A stretch of 59,039 nucleotides of DNA. Origin: a virus. Taxonomy: Duplodnaviria > Caudoviricetes. Positions 17,523 to 26,190 of the stretch are shown piece after piece (position 1 is the stretch's first letter; every line of letters begins with the position of its first letter). Made by a program: the position numbers and the translations under genes. Where the stretch lies: the IMG/VR virus record IMGVR_UViG_3300036975_000019, positions 1 to 59,039 of that record; one strand, 5' to 3'. The notes below the pieces were generated by a model, which made no database searches, was not told where the DNA came from, and saw nothing but the letters and a program-made list of their open reading frames with translations.

Positions 17523-18224
17523 ATGTACTACTACCAACGCCGCCGTCTGTGGGGCGGCTATAGCAAAAAAGTGTTGAGTTATGGACCTGTTGCTTACTGG
17601 CCCTTGAATGAGGAGTCGGGTTCGGTTGCCTATGACATCAGCGGCAACGGGCGCAACGGTGCCTATACTGGCGTTACTCTGGGGCAGGACGGGATTGGGG
17701 ATGGGGGGACGTGCCCACTGTTTGATGGGGCGAATGATTATGTGAATATTATCGCGGCCCAAAATGCGTATAATGGTGCTGAGGGTGCTTTGATAGTATG
17801 GGCAAAGGCTAGCGGCGCGGGCATGTGGTCTGATGGCACTTTGCGATATATCATTCATCTTTTCGCGGGCGCGACTACATTTATGTATATTCAACGAACC
17901 GCTGCTAATAATGCGCTTCAATTCCGGCGGCGGGTGGGGGCAGCTGACAAAGTTATAAATGCAACGGGCGTCTCGTCGACGGAATGGATGTCGGTCGGTT
18001 TATCGTGGAGTGAAACCGGAGATACTGTAAAAGCATTTTATAATGCAAGCCAATTGGGAGCGACACAAACGGGACTCGGTACATGGTCAGGCGTACCTTC
18101 TGTTATGACGGTGGGGGCATATAACACGACGCCTGCCAATGTATGGGACGGATACGAAGGAAGCGTCATATTGTTTAATTCTGTACAGTCAAATGCTGCG
18201 ATGATTGATTTGATGACGATATAG
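17523..18224 (+). CDS. LamG/concanavalin A-like lectin domain protein
   Basis: PVAYWPLNEESGSVAYDISGNGRNG...FDGANDYV signature. Confidence 0.8.
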   Translation: MYYYQRRRLWGGYSKKVLSYGPVAYWPLNEESGSVAYDISGNGRNGAYTGVTLGQDGIGDGGTCPLFDGANDYVNIIAAQNAYNGAEGALIVWAKASGAGMWSDGTLRYIIHLFAGATTFMYIQRTAANNALQFRRRVGAADKVINATGVSSTEWMSVGLSWSETGDTVKAFYNASQLGATQTGLGTWSGVPSVMTVGAYNTTPANVWDGYEGSVILFNSVQSNAAMIDLMTI

Positions 18225-18293
18225 AGGCAGGCGCCTATTTACGGAAGCGGATTGATATCTGTCTCATCGGAGTAAATCTAGTGGTGACATAAT

Positions 18294-18728
18294 ATGGCAA
18301 ATTGGCACGGATACTTTGTAGTCGAACGGGGCACAATCGGATCGGGCAATTGGGCGGCGCTACAAGCCGTCTACGAGGCAATGGGCACGCACGATAGCAC
18401 AATGCCTGCCGAGAACAACCACAAGCGGGCGCGGCTGGATGGCGATGCCGTGATCTATGAATCTTCGTTTGATCCGACCGAGGTCAGTATAGCACAATTC
18501 AAGCAACTGTTAGCGGATGAATTTAGTCTAGACGTTGAGGATATCGAGCATACCGTGGGTAGTGATGACTATGCTGGATACGGAACGACAGTTTGGGAAT
18601 TTCTCTACAATGACGTGGCGCGCTTTACGGTGCGGCGTTTCGGGGGCGGCGGGACGTGGGCAGAAAGTCGCGCTGAGGTGTTGGGCTATCTATCTGACAA
18701 CGCCGCAAGCTGGGAGGAGGCCGAATAA
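18294..18728 (+). CDS. Hypothetical structural-region protein
   Basis: 144-aa ORF coupled to the next gene. Confidence 0.55.
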   Translation: MANWHGYFVVERGTIGSGNWAALQAVYEAMGTHDSTMPAENNHKRARLDGDAVIYESSFDPTEVSIAQFKQLLADEFSLDVEDIEHTVGSDDYAGYGTTVWEFLYNDVARFTVRRFGGGGTWAESRAEVLGYLSDNAASWEEAE

Positions 18729-19615
18729 TGGCAATCCCGTTGACCGTATTTTCAACCGTCGTAGACGGGAATACCGGGGATGACGATAACAAGCTGACTG
18801 CGCTCGAACAGTACCGCCTGTGCGTTTCGGCTGTTGAGCGGTACAGCAAGGACGCGCCAGATACGTATACCGAGGACGTGACGGGCGACGCGGGCAATTA
18901 CTATGCCATCTCAAATCTGACCTATTGGGTCGAGGGGTTTTCCCACGTGACGCAGATCGAATATCCAGCGGCAACCATTGCCAGCGACGAGACGCCCCAA
19001 TATCTAGAGCCGGAGGATTGGGACGATAACTATTGGGCAGAAATCAGCGGCACACATACGCGGCACATTTATCTACCCCATCACGCGCCGGCAGCAACGG
19101 AAACAATGCGGATCACGTACACGGTGCCCTACCAGTGGGTGGCGGGCGGATCGGCAACGGCAGTAGAGCAAGAAGCGCATGGGTTCACCGCAAATGATTA
19201 TGTTTATCTGGATAGCACAACCTATACGGCAGCAGACAGCATCCGTATTGCCACGCACCAGGTTAGCGCGGTAACGGATGCGGACAATTTTAGCGCAAAG
19301 TGGCTACAGGCCGACGTGCCGACAGAACATTTTTTCGCTATTTGCAATCTTGCGTCGGGGCTATGCTGCCAGGCACTAGCAGCGAAATATGCCAGCATCG
19401 GACGCACGCTGATCAACGTAGATAGCGCAAGCCACGCCAGTAAATCGAGCGACTACGCCAAGCGTGCCAAAGAGTTCATCGATCTATACCGCAACCAATT
19501 AGGTTTCGACCGAGAAGATGATTATCAGGGCGCGGGTGAGTTTATCGATCTGGACACGAGACCGGGCTATCCCGGCAATCGTGACTATTTGCACCATCGA
19601 GGGGAGACGCGGTGA
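18728..19615 (+). CDS. Putative head-tail adaptor with inserted domain
   Basis: Position; AVERYSKDAP and AICNLASGLCCQALAAKYA resemble adaptor helices. Confidence 0.55.
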   Translation: MAIPLTVFSTVVDGNTGDDDNKLTALEQYRLCVSAVERYSKDAPDTYTEDVTGDAGNYYAISNLTYWVEGFSHVTQIEYPAATIASDETPQYLEPEDWDDNYWAEISGTHTRHIYLPHHAPAATETMRITYTVPYQWVAGGSATAVEQEAHGFTANDYVYLDSTTYTAADSIRIATHQVSAVTDADNFSAKWLQADVPTEHFFAICNLASGLCCQALAAKYASIGRTLINVDSASHASKSSDYAKRAKEFIDLYRNQLGFDREDDYQGAGEFIDLDTRPGYPGNRDYLHHRGETR

Positions 19616-20076
19616 GCGAATCAGGAATTCGGACAGCAATCAAGGCGATCGTTTCGGGCGTGTCGAATGTGGGCAACGTATACGATTATGAACGCTGGGC
19701 GGCATTTGCCAATGGCAAAGACACGCTTGCCGTGGCAACCATCAGCGGATCGGAGGTCGTGCGATTCTGGACGATTTCTTGCACAGGTTGTGTAGCGACG
19801 TTGGAGACGTTCGCCGGAGACGTGAGGCGCGCGTGGTCATACACCATCAGCGGCGCGGTTGGCCTGGACGATTCGGCGGCCAGTGAGAAGACGGCTATCG
19901 CATTGGCAGAAGACATCATGGATGCGCTGGACGGGGCGGCAACGATTCACACCTCAACAGAGGTCACGGACGGCCGCGTGCATCCGGCGCAATTGAGAAT
20001 ATTTGAGAATCGGCTCATTGCCGGCCTGCTCTGTCACTATATCGAGATCACGCAAACCGTATCGGAGGTGGTGTAA
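19612..20076 (+). CDS. Putative tail terminator/completion protein
   Basis: IRTAIKAIVSGVSNVGNVYDYER; size and position. Confidence 0.55.
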   Translation: MSESGIRTAIKAIVSGVSNVGNVYDYERWAAFANGKDTLAVATISGSEVVRFWTISCTGCVATLETFAGDVRRAWSYTISGAVGLDDSAASEKTAIALAEDIMDALDGAATIHTSTEVTDGRVHPAQLRIFENRLIAGLLCHYIEITQTVSEVV

Positions 20077-20300
20077 TGAACTATGATGGCAAGTATGTCA
20101 AGACGAAAGATCAAAAGGCGTTCTGGGCGGTTGATGACGGGCAGCGGCGATTGATTGTCTCTACTGCCGAGGTATTCGCCGATCCGCGTCCAGTTGAATT
20201 GGTGACGGCGGAAGAGTTGGCGGCGATACCGCTAGAGGGAACAATTGAGCCGGAGCCAGAACCGGAGATCGAGGTCGAGTTTGAGGATTTGGAATTTTAG
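20076..20300 (+). CDS. Small hypothetical protein
   Basis: GGAGG RBS; coupled ORF. Confidence 0.55.
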   Translation: MNYDGKYVKTKDQKAFWAVDDGQRRLIVSTAEVFADPRPVELVTAEELAAIPLEGTIEPEPEPEIEVEFEDLEF

Positions 20301-20308
20301 GGGGAAAT

Positions 20309-20857
20309 ATGCAATACACGGGGGAATGTGTTGTACCGTGGAAAATCTCAGTTGGCGGTCCAGTGATGACGCGCCACGTTGCGCGGTACGCCTGGGCAAT
20401 ATTGCACTGTGCCAATAAGCACGTCATTGATTTGGGGAGTGGTACAGGCTACGGCTCGTTTATGTTGAGCTGGGTAGCCCGAATGGTGACAGGATTGGAG
20501 AAAAATGCGGATTGTGTCTTTTTCGCGCAGGAGAATTTCGACACGATTTTCTGTCGTTATCGCCAGGCTGACATTACGGTAGACGCCATACCACAGGCCG
20601 ACGTATATGTCGCCTTCGAGATACTGGAACATCTCGACAGCCCACACCGACTGATTGGGCGTCTGCCGCCTGGAAAATTGCTATGGTCAATGCCCGTCAA
20701 CGACATATCACAATTCCACAAGCGGGGCTATTCTGTCTCACAGATTGACTATCTGATGGGTCGTGGTGGGTGGTTTCAGGCCGGAGACGGCCTGATTGTA
20801 CCGAGGGATCGGGCGTGGTTTGCGCCCAACAACGTGATTGGAATGAGGGAGGTATAA
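20309..20857 (+). CDS. Class I SAM-dependent methyltransferase (glycan-type)
   Basis: HVARY..A, VIDLGSGTGYGS, FEILEH motifs. Confidence 0.85.
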   Translation: MQYTGECVVPWKISVGGPVMTRHVARYAWAILHCANKHVIDLGSGTGYGSFMLSWVARMVTGLEKNADCVFFAQENFDTIFCRYRQADITVDAIPQADVYVAFEILEHLDSPHRLIGRLPPGKLLWSMPVNDISQFHKRGYSVSQIDYLMGRGGWFQAGDGLIVPRDRAWFAPNNVIGMREV

Positions 20858-20858
20858 A

Positions 20859-21041
20859 ATGATTCAATGGGAATATAAGGTTGTGATTCTACAGCCGGGG
20901 CAGAACGAGATTGATACGCTCAATGCAGAGGGACAAGAGGGCTGGATGGTTTGGCAAAGTGATCGCTGCCCGATAGATGGCGAGGTCGTTTTTCACCTGA
21001 TGCGCCCAATGCGGGCAGAGGAAAAGCCGGGGGAGAGTTAA
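20859..21041 (+). CDS. DUF4177-like small protein
   Basis: QWEYKVV...LNAEGQEGW...LMRP. Confidence 0.6.
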   Translation: MIQWEYKVVILQPGQNEIDTLNAEGQEGWMVWQSDRCPIDGEVVFHLMRPMRAEEKPGES

Positions 21042-21045
21042 TACA

Positions 21046-22122
21046 ATGCGAATCATGATTATGTATCCCGGCGCAGAGTGGAGCGTCTACGACGTGGCGC
21101 GCGGATACGAAACGGCGCTGGCGAATCTGGGTCACGAGGTACGGCCATTCAACTATCATTTGCACTATCGCTATCAAAAGACGTTTTTGGGCTGGCTATG
21201 TCAGACACAAGGGATGAAATTTCCGGCAGACGCGGCATGTCTGCGAGCAACAGAGGCGTCAATCACCGAAATTGTCGAATTTGCGCCGCAATTGCTCTTT
21301 ATCGTGTCGGGGCTGGGCTGGCACCGGCGGGGCTATGATCTGGCCTATCGCCTGGGTATTCCAATGGTATTTGTTTGCACAGAGTCACCGTATATGGATG
21401 CGGAACAATACGAAATTGTGGCAAAAGGCCATATTTCGATGGTATTCACCAATGACCGTGTAAGCGTTCCCGTCTATGAGGATTTATGTCCAACGTACTA
21501 TTTGCCGCATTCATTCGATCCGACGCGCCATTATCGCCGCGATGTGGGGCTGGAATATCAAACGGACGTATTTTTCTGGGGCACGCTGTGGGCAGAGAGA
21601 CGGCATTTGCTGGGATCGCTCGATCTGTCGGCCTATCGCGCCAAAGTCGGTGGGGCGTATACTGATCCAAATCGTCCTGACGTTTTGATTGGCGAGATCA
21701 TGGACAACGAGGAAATGGCGCTGTGGTATAGTGGCACAAAACTCGCGCTCAACCATCACCGCAAAGACGTATTCGGCGGCGGCTTGCTGGCTCGTGGTGA
21801 CGCCTATAGTCTGGGGCCGCGCGCGTTCGAGATTGCAGCGATGGGAGCATTTCAATTGTGCGATGATACGCGTCCGGAATTAAGAGACGTTTTCGGCGAT
21901 AGCATTGCAACGTATGCTGATGCCGAGGAGTGCCAGGACAAAATTGACTATTACCTGACGCACGACGCGGAACGGGAGGGAATGGCACAGGCGGCATGGA
22001 GGCGCGTGCAATCGTGTTCGTTTGAACAACGCGCCAACCAGATCGTTATTCCGGCATTGGAGCGATTGTTTCGTTCATCTCGGGCGAGGCGATGGCCCGG
22101 TTGTGTGAGACGTAACGTGTAA
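21046..22122 (+). CDS. CgeB/YkvP-like GT-B glycosyltransferase
   Basis: TESPY, FTND, YLPHSFDP, KLALNHHR, PRAFEIAAMGAFQLCD, KIDYYL..DAERE. Confidence 0.85.
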   Translation: MRIMIMYPGAEWSVYDVARGYETALANLGHEVRPFNYHLHYRYQKTFLGWLCQTQGMKFPADAACLRATEASITEIVEFAPQLLFIVSGLGWHRRGYDLAYRLGIPMVFVCTESPYMDAEQYEIVAKGHISMVFTNDRVSVPVYEDLCPTYYLPHSFDPTRHYRRDVGLEYQTDVFFWGTLWAERRHLLGSLDLSAYRAKVGGAYTDPNRPDVLIGEIMDNEEMALWYSGTKLALNHHRKDVFGGGLLARGDAYSLGPRAFEIAAMGAFQLCDDTRPELRDVFGDSIATYADAEECQDKIDYYLTHDAEREGMAQAAWRRVQSCSFEQRANQIVIPALERLFRSSRARRWPGCVRRNV

Positions 22123-22125
22123 TTA

Positions 22126-22197
22126 ACCGGCTGGTCTAGGGTGTGGTTAGCTGCCACACCTGAACGGGGTGCCTCCCTCCACCCCTGACCAGCCGGT
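22126..22197 (+). ncRNA. Candidate three-way-junction structured RNA upstream of the tail tube gene
   Basis: 11-bp closing stem 22126-22136/22187-22197 with two internal hairpins. Confidence 0.6.
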
Positions 22198-22262
22198 GAT
22201 CGAGGGAAACGGGAATAGAGCCACTGTGGGAGGTGGGCAATGACACAATAGGAGTATAACAA

Positions 22263-22658
22263 ATGGCTATTGTAGCGAAACACGGCAAAAACTCATTGAT
22301 CTATATCAATGGGTCCGAGGTCATCGGGGCAAACGCCTGGTCATTATCTGTCGATCACGAGGCGGCTGAGTACGCCGTCTTTGGCGATGATTGGAAAAGC
22401 AATTTATCTGGACTGCTGGGTTGGTCGGGCAGCGTCACGGCCTGGAGCGATCACGATGCAAAGATCTTACAGACCGCCGCTGTGTATGACGGCACGTTGC
22501 CGCTTCTGGTGTATGACGACAGAACGGATAACACAACGTATTATAGCGGCAATGCGATCTTTGGATTCTCGTCAGACGCGGGCATGGCGGCCGTAGTCGG
22601 CCAGTCGGCTAGCTTTACCGGCTCGGGTGAGCTGTCCGTTACCGGCTTCTCGGCATAA
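22263..22658 (+). CDS. Major tail (tube) protein
   Basis: HGKNSLIYING, WSLSVD, FGDDWKSNLSGLLGWSGS, SFTGSGEL (TP901-1-like tube pattern). Confidence 0.8.
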   Translation: MAIVAKHGKNSLIYINGSEVIGANAWSLSVDHEAAEYAVFGDDWKSNLSGLLGWSGSVTAWSDHDAKILQTAAVYDGTLPLLVYDDRTDNTTYYSGNAIFGFSSDAGMAAVVGQSASFTGSGELSVTGFSA

Positions 22659-22677
22659 TCCAAATTGAGAGGGAGCG

Positions 22678-23064
22678 ATGGCAGAAAAAAAACGCAAAAA
22701 GCGCAAGATTCAGACATACGTAATTCCCGCTGACGACTTTATAGTCGAGGCAGAGGACGGAACAGAATTCGCGCCGCACAAAGGCGAAACGGTGACGCTG
22801 CGGCGCGATATGTCCTGGAGTGCGTTTCGTATCACGGGCGAGTTGGCTATGCGGGAATATGCGCCCCGGGCAATTGATCTGCTCAATCAGCAGATCGTTG
22901 CCTGGACGCTGACCGATCCTGATAGTGGGGATGAGGACGGAAACCGCGAGCCGTATCCACAACCGGGAACGGATGAATTTGAGCCGTTTCTGTGGGAAAT
23001 GGATAACGCGCTCCGTTGGTGGCTGCTGGGCAAAGTTTTCGACAGGTCGGCACTCCCAAACTGA
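22678..23064 (+). CDS. Tail assembly chaperone (G-like)
   Basis: Between tube and tape measure; IVAWTLTD; ends at a slippery site. Confidence 0.75.
   Translation: MAEKKRKKRKIQTYVIPADDFIVEAEDGTEFAPHKGETVTLRRDMSWSAFRITGELAMREYAPRAIDLLNQQIVAWTLTDPDSGDEDGNREPYPQPGTDEFEPFLWEMDNALRWWLLGKVFDRSALPN
23055..23061 (+). other. -1 frameshift slippery heptamer C CCA AAC
   Basis: X XXY YYZ immediately before the TGA; the -1 frame is open to 23330. Confidence 0.75.
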
Positions 23065-23330
23065 CGCAAGTCGCCATATTCAAATTAGCATGTGGCGACA
23101 AAGACGCGCCGGCGGAACCGCTACAGCTCAAAGAGGGGGTTGTCTGCCGTTTTTATGGCTGTCTGCCATCACAGCTAGATGGAGAGGACATGACTCGCGT
23201 TTTGCAGAATATGCGGGCCGTCAAGCTGTTTGAGTCGGTCGGTTCGTGGTATCATGGCAGATCGACAGGCCCGCCGCCTGCCTTTATCGCAGATCTGATT
23301 CAGCGCGACTTTGAGGAAAGCCAGAAATAA
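23055..23330 (+). CDS. Tail assembly chaperone frameshift extension (GT-like)
   Basis: -1 frame PKLTQVAIFK...CRFYGCLPSQL; ends at the tape measure start. Confidence 0.7.
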   Translation, partial: PKLTQVAIFKLACGDKDAPAEPLQLKEGVVCRFYGCLPSQLDGEDMTRVLQNMRAVKLFESVGSWYHGRSTGPPPAFIADLIQRDFEESQK

Positions 23331-26188
23331 TGCCTAGCAAACACGAAATAGAGCTAATTCTAAAAGCGACTGACAAAGCATCGAAAACGCTTGATAAAAC
23401 ACGGGGCGGAATGAATGATTTGGTTAAGGGCATTCAGGCCGGTGTTGCCGCGTTCGGCTTGCTCAAGGCGGCTCAAGTTGCGGTAGATTTTACCAAGTTC
23501 GGCGCCTCTGTCCAGATGGCCGAACAGCGATTTACGGCATTTGCGGGTGGGTCGGCCGAGGCAGCGCAATACCTCGCGGCATTCAACAAAGCCACCGACG
23601 GCACGGTTGACCGTATGGCGGCGATGCAATCAGCCGGCAAAATGCTGCAAATGGGCCTGGTCGATAACGCCGACGAACTGGGCCTCATGGCGGCAATGGC
23701 GACCAAATTGGGCGACCAGACCGCCGATGCTGGGGCACGCATCAGCGACTTTAGCATGATGCTTGCCAACACCTCGATTCCACGCCTCGACAATTTCGGC
23801 ATATCCTCCGGCAAGGTCCGCCAACGCATCAATGAGCTACTCGAAACGGGACAGGCACTATCCCGCGAAGAGGCGTTCAAGATGGCGGTCATGGAGGAGG
23901 GCAGCAAGGCGCTGGCCACGCTAGGCGACACCTCCGATCAGACTGCCGTTAAAATCGATCAGGTCGCAGCCTCGTTCAAAACGCTCAAACAAAACGCGGC
24001 GGCGGCTGTTGCCGACATTGCCAATAATAGTAACCTGTTCGGCGCGCTGTCCAACACGCTTGCCGATGCCGCCGGCAAATCGGATATGTTTTTTACGGCA
24101 TACGCGGCGGGCGCAAAGGCGGCAGACGGTAATATTTTCAAGCTAGGTCTAGCCATTGATGAATTTAACAAATCAATGGTTATACAAGAATCTGCGCTAG
24201 TAGCCACTAATGATGAAATAGATAGATATAAATTGGCCTTGGAGGGGGCTAATCCAGAAGTCGAGCGATATTCGCAAAATATGGAACAGTTGGGAACAGA
24301 TACGGCGAATACCACGAATGAGATTTCCTATCTGGATACGGCAACTCTCGATCACGTAATATCCCAAGGCGAGCTAGAACATACTGTACTGACAACGATT
24401 GCCACACTTAACGCGGAAAAGGAAGCGCTGGGGTTAACGTCTGATGCAACCTACACTCAGGTATTGGCAGCTCAAGAGCTTGCATTGGCCGAACAAGAGG
24501 CCAAGGACGCCGCAGAGGAGCATACTACAGCACAAAATGAATTAGCCATACAGCTCAAAGATACCACATCGGCGGGACTGGCAAGGGCAGCTATTCAACA
24601 GTTGACAATGGCTCATGAGGACGGCACCATTTCAACAGAAGACTACAACACTGCTGTTCGCGAGATTGCGCTTTCGTTTGGGTTGGCCGATGAAAAAAGC
24701 CTGCTTTTGGCATCTGGCGTTCAGGATTTGGTACAGGATTTATCCAATGGCGAAGTTTCGGCTGATAACGTCGCGGTTGCATTATCTAATCTCAAAACTG
24801 AATCAGAACAGGCTCGATGGGCTGTAGATGATTTGGGTAATGCCGTTCGTGATATGCCCGACTCCAAAGATATCAATATTGCCATCAAGGTCAATCAGCG
24901 GACTATGGGCTATGGCGGCTCTGTCGCCGAGGGAATGCAAGACATCGGCGAGGGCGTAGCCGAGGGCCTGGCTCTCGGCATTGATAACGGTATTCCCGCC
25001 GTTCAATCATCCGTTGACGATATGACCGCCTCGATGATGGGCAGCGCAGCCGAGGCATTGGGCGTACAATCCCCGTCCACCGTTTTTGCCGAATTCGGAC
25101 GTGATGTGGTACGCGGCTTTGTCGAGGGCGTCAACGAGGAAGCCGATACTCTCGATGACGCGATGGAGGTCATTTTTGACTTCTCTGATAAATTCGAGCG
25201 CCTGGGTGGGACAGCGGCGCGGATGTATCAGGATCAATTTATCGATCCGATGGAAGATCGTATCAGCGAATTGGCCGATTATGCCGATGAATTAGAGCGT
25301 ACTATTGCCGAAAAGCGCAAAATCTATGAAGACGAGGATACAACTGAGAGCGAACGGGCAGCAGTACTCGAAGAGTTGCTGCGTCTAAATAATGAACTGG
25401 CACTTGTAAAGCATCGTGAATCACAATTAAGTGAGGAGCTACTTGAACGCGAGCAAACGCTGCTCGATCTGGAAAAACAACGCCAGGATTTGGCCTTTGT
25501 CCAACAACAGCTTGACCTTGTGCGGTTCGCGCAGGCGCAAGAAATGTCAATGGACGTTTTCGAGGGTCTGGAGTTCGGCGCCAATGCCAACCTAGAGGAC
25601 TGGGTACAGGCAACAACAGATGTCGTTGCGCAATCCGTAGCGATGCTCACAGAGCAGTTGCAAGAAATCGATCTGGACATTCCCGGCGAGGTCGGTGGTG
25701 GCACCTTTAATGGGGGCGGGCCAATGGATGACATCTTTGGAACGCTGGGCCAGACCATCGACAGCACGGCGCAATCTACAGCGTCCTATAACGCCACGCT
25801 CGACTCGACAAGTATGGCGATATCTGGTGCGGCGGTGGAGCTTGGAGCGCTTGACGGCGCGATGCTGGCATTGGCCAGCGATGTCAATTCGGGCGCCTCT
25901 GCATGGCGCAATTATGCAAGTGCACTGAATTCAATTGATGTGCCGGAGATATTGCAACCGGGCAGCCCGCCGCCACTGGCCTATGCGCTGGGCGACATCA
26001 ATTCGGAATTGTCTCAAATGCGCGCGCTCATTCCAGGCATAAGCAGCGGATTTGACAGCCTCTCGTCTGCGCCGCAATCTATCAGCAATACGACACACAA
26101 TAATGGCGGCAATACGTACAATATCACGCTGCCAAATGTAATCGACACGCAAAGCCTGCTTCGGGAATTGGCTATCTATCAGAGGTAA
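23330..26188 (+). CDS. Tape measure protein
   Basis: IELILKATDKAS N-terminus; long Ala-rich helical; LGVQSPSTVFAEFG. Confidence 0.9.
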   Translation: MPSKHEIELILKATDKASKTLDKTRGGMNDLVKGIQAGVAAFGLLKAAQVAVDFTKFGASVQMAEQRFTAFAGGSAEAAQYLAAFNKATDGTVDRMAAMQSAGKMLQMGLVDNADELGLMAAMATKLGDQTADAGARISDFSMMLANTSIPRLDNFGISSGKVRQRINELLETGQALSREEAFKMAVMEEGSKALATLGDTSDQTAVKIDQVAASFKTLKQNAAAAVADIANNSNLFGALSNTLADAAGKSDMFFTAYAAGAKAADGNIFKLGLAIDEFNKSMVIQESALVATNDEIDRYKLALEGANPEVERYSQNMEQLGTDTANTTNEISYLDTATLDHVISQGELEHTVLTTIATLNAEKEALGLTSDATYTQVLAAQELALAEQEAKDAAEEHTTAQNELAIQLKDTTSAGLARAAIQQLTMAHEDGTISTEDYNTAVREIALSFGLADEKSLLLASGVQDLVQDLSNGEVSADNVAVALSNLKTESEQARWAVDDLGNAVRDMPDSKDINIAIKVNQRTMGYGGSVAEGMQDIGEGVAEGLALGIDNGIPAVQSSVDDMTASMMGSAAEALGVQSPSTVFAEFGRDVVRGFVEGVNEEADTLDDAMEVIFDFSDKFERLGGTAARMYQDQFIDPMEDRISELADYADELERTIAEKRKIYEDEDTTESERAAVLEELLRLNNELALVKHRESQLSEELLEREQTLLDLEKQRQDLAFVQQQLDLVRFAQAQEMSMDVFEGLEFGANANLEDWVQATTDVVAQSVAMLTEQLQEIDLDIPGEVGGGTFNGGGPMDDIFGTLGQTIDSTAQSTASYNATLDSTSMAISGAAVELGALDGAMLALASDVNSGASAWRNYASALNSIDVPEILQPGSPPPLAYALGDINSELSQMRALIPGISSGFDSLSSAPQSISNTTHNNGGNTYNITLPNVIDTQSLLRELAIYQR

Positions 26189-26190
26189 AT

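Noticed and set aside
22126-22240. HDV-like (theta) ribozyme
   Set aside because: The CCUCC loop is reminiscent, but I could not build the nested double pseudoknot with the catalytic J4/2 strand
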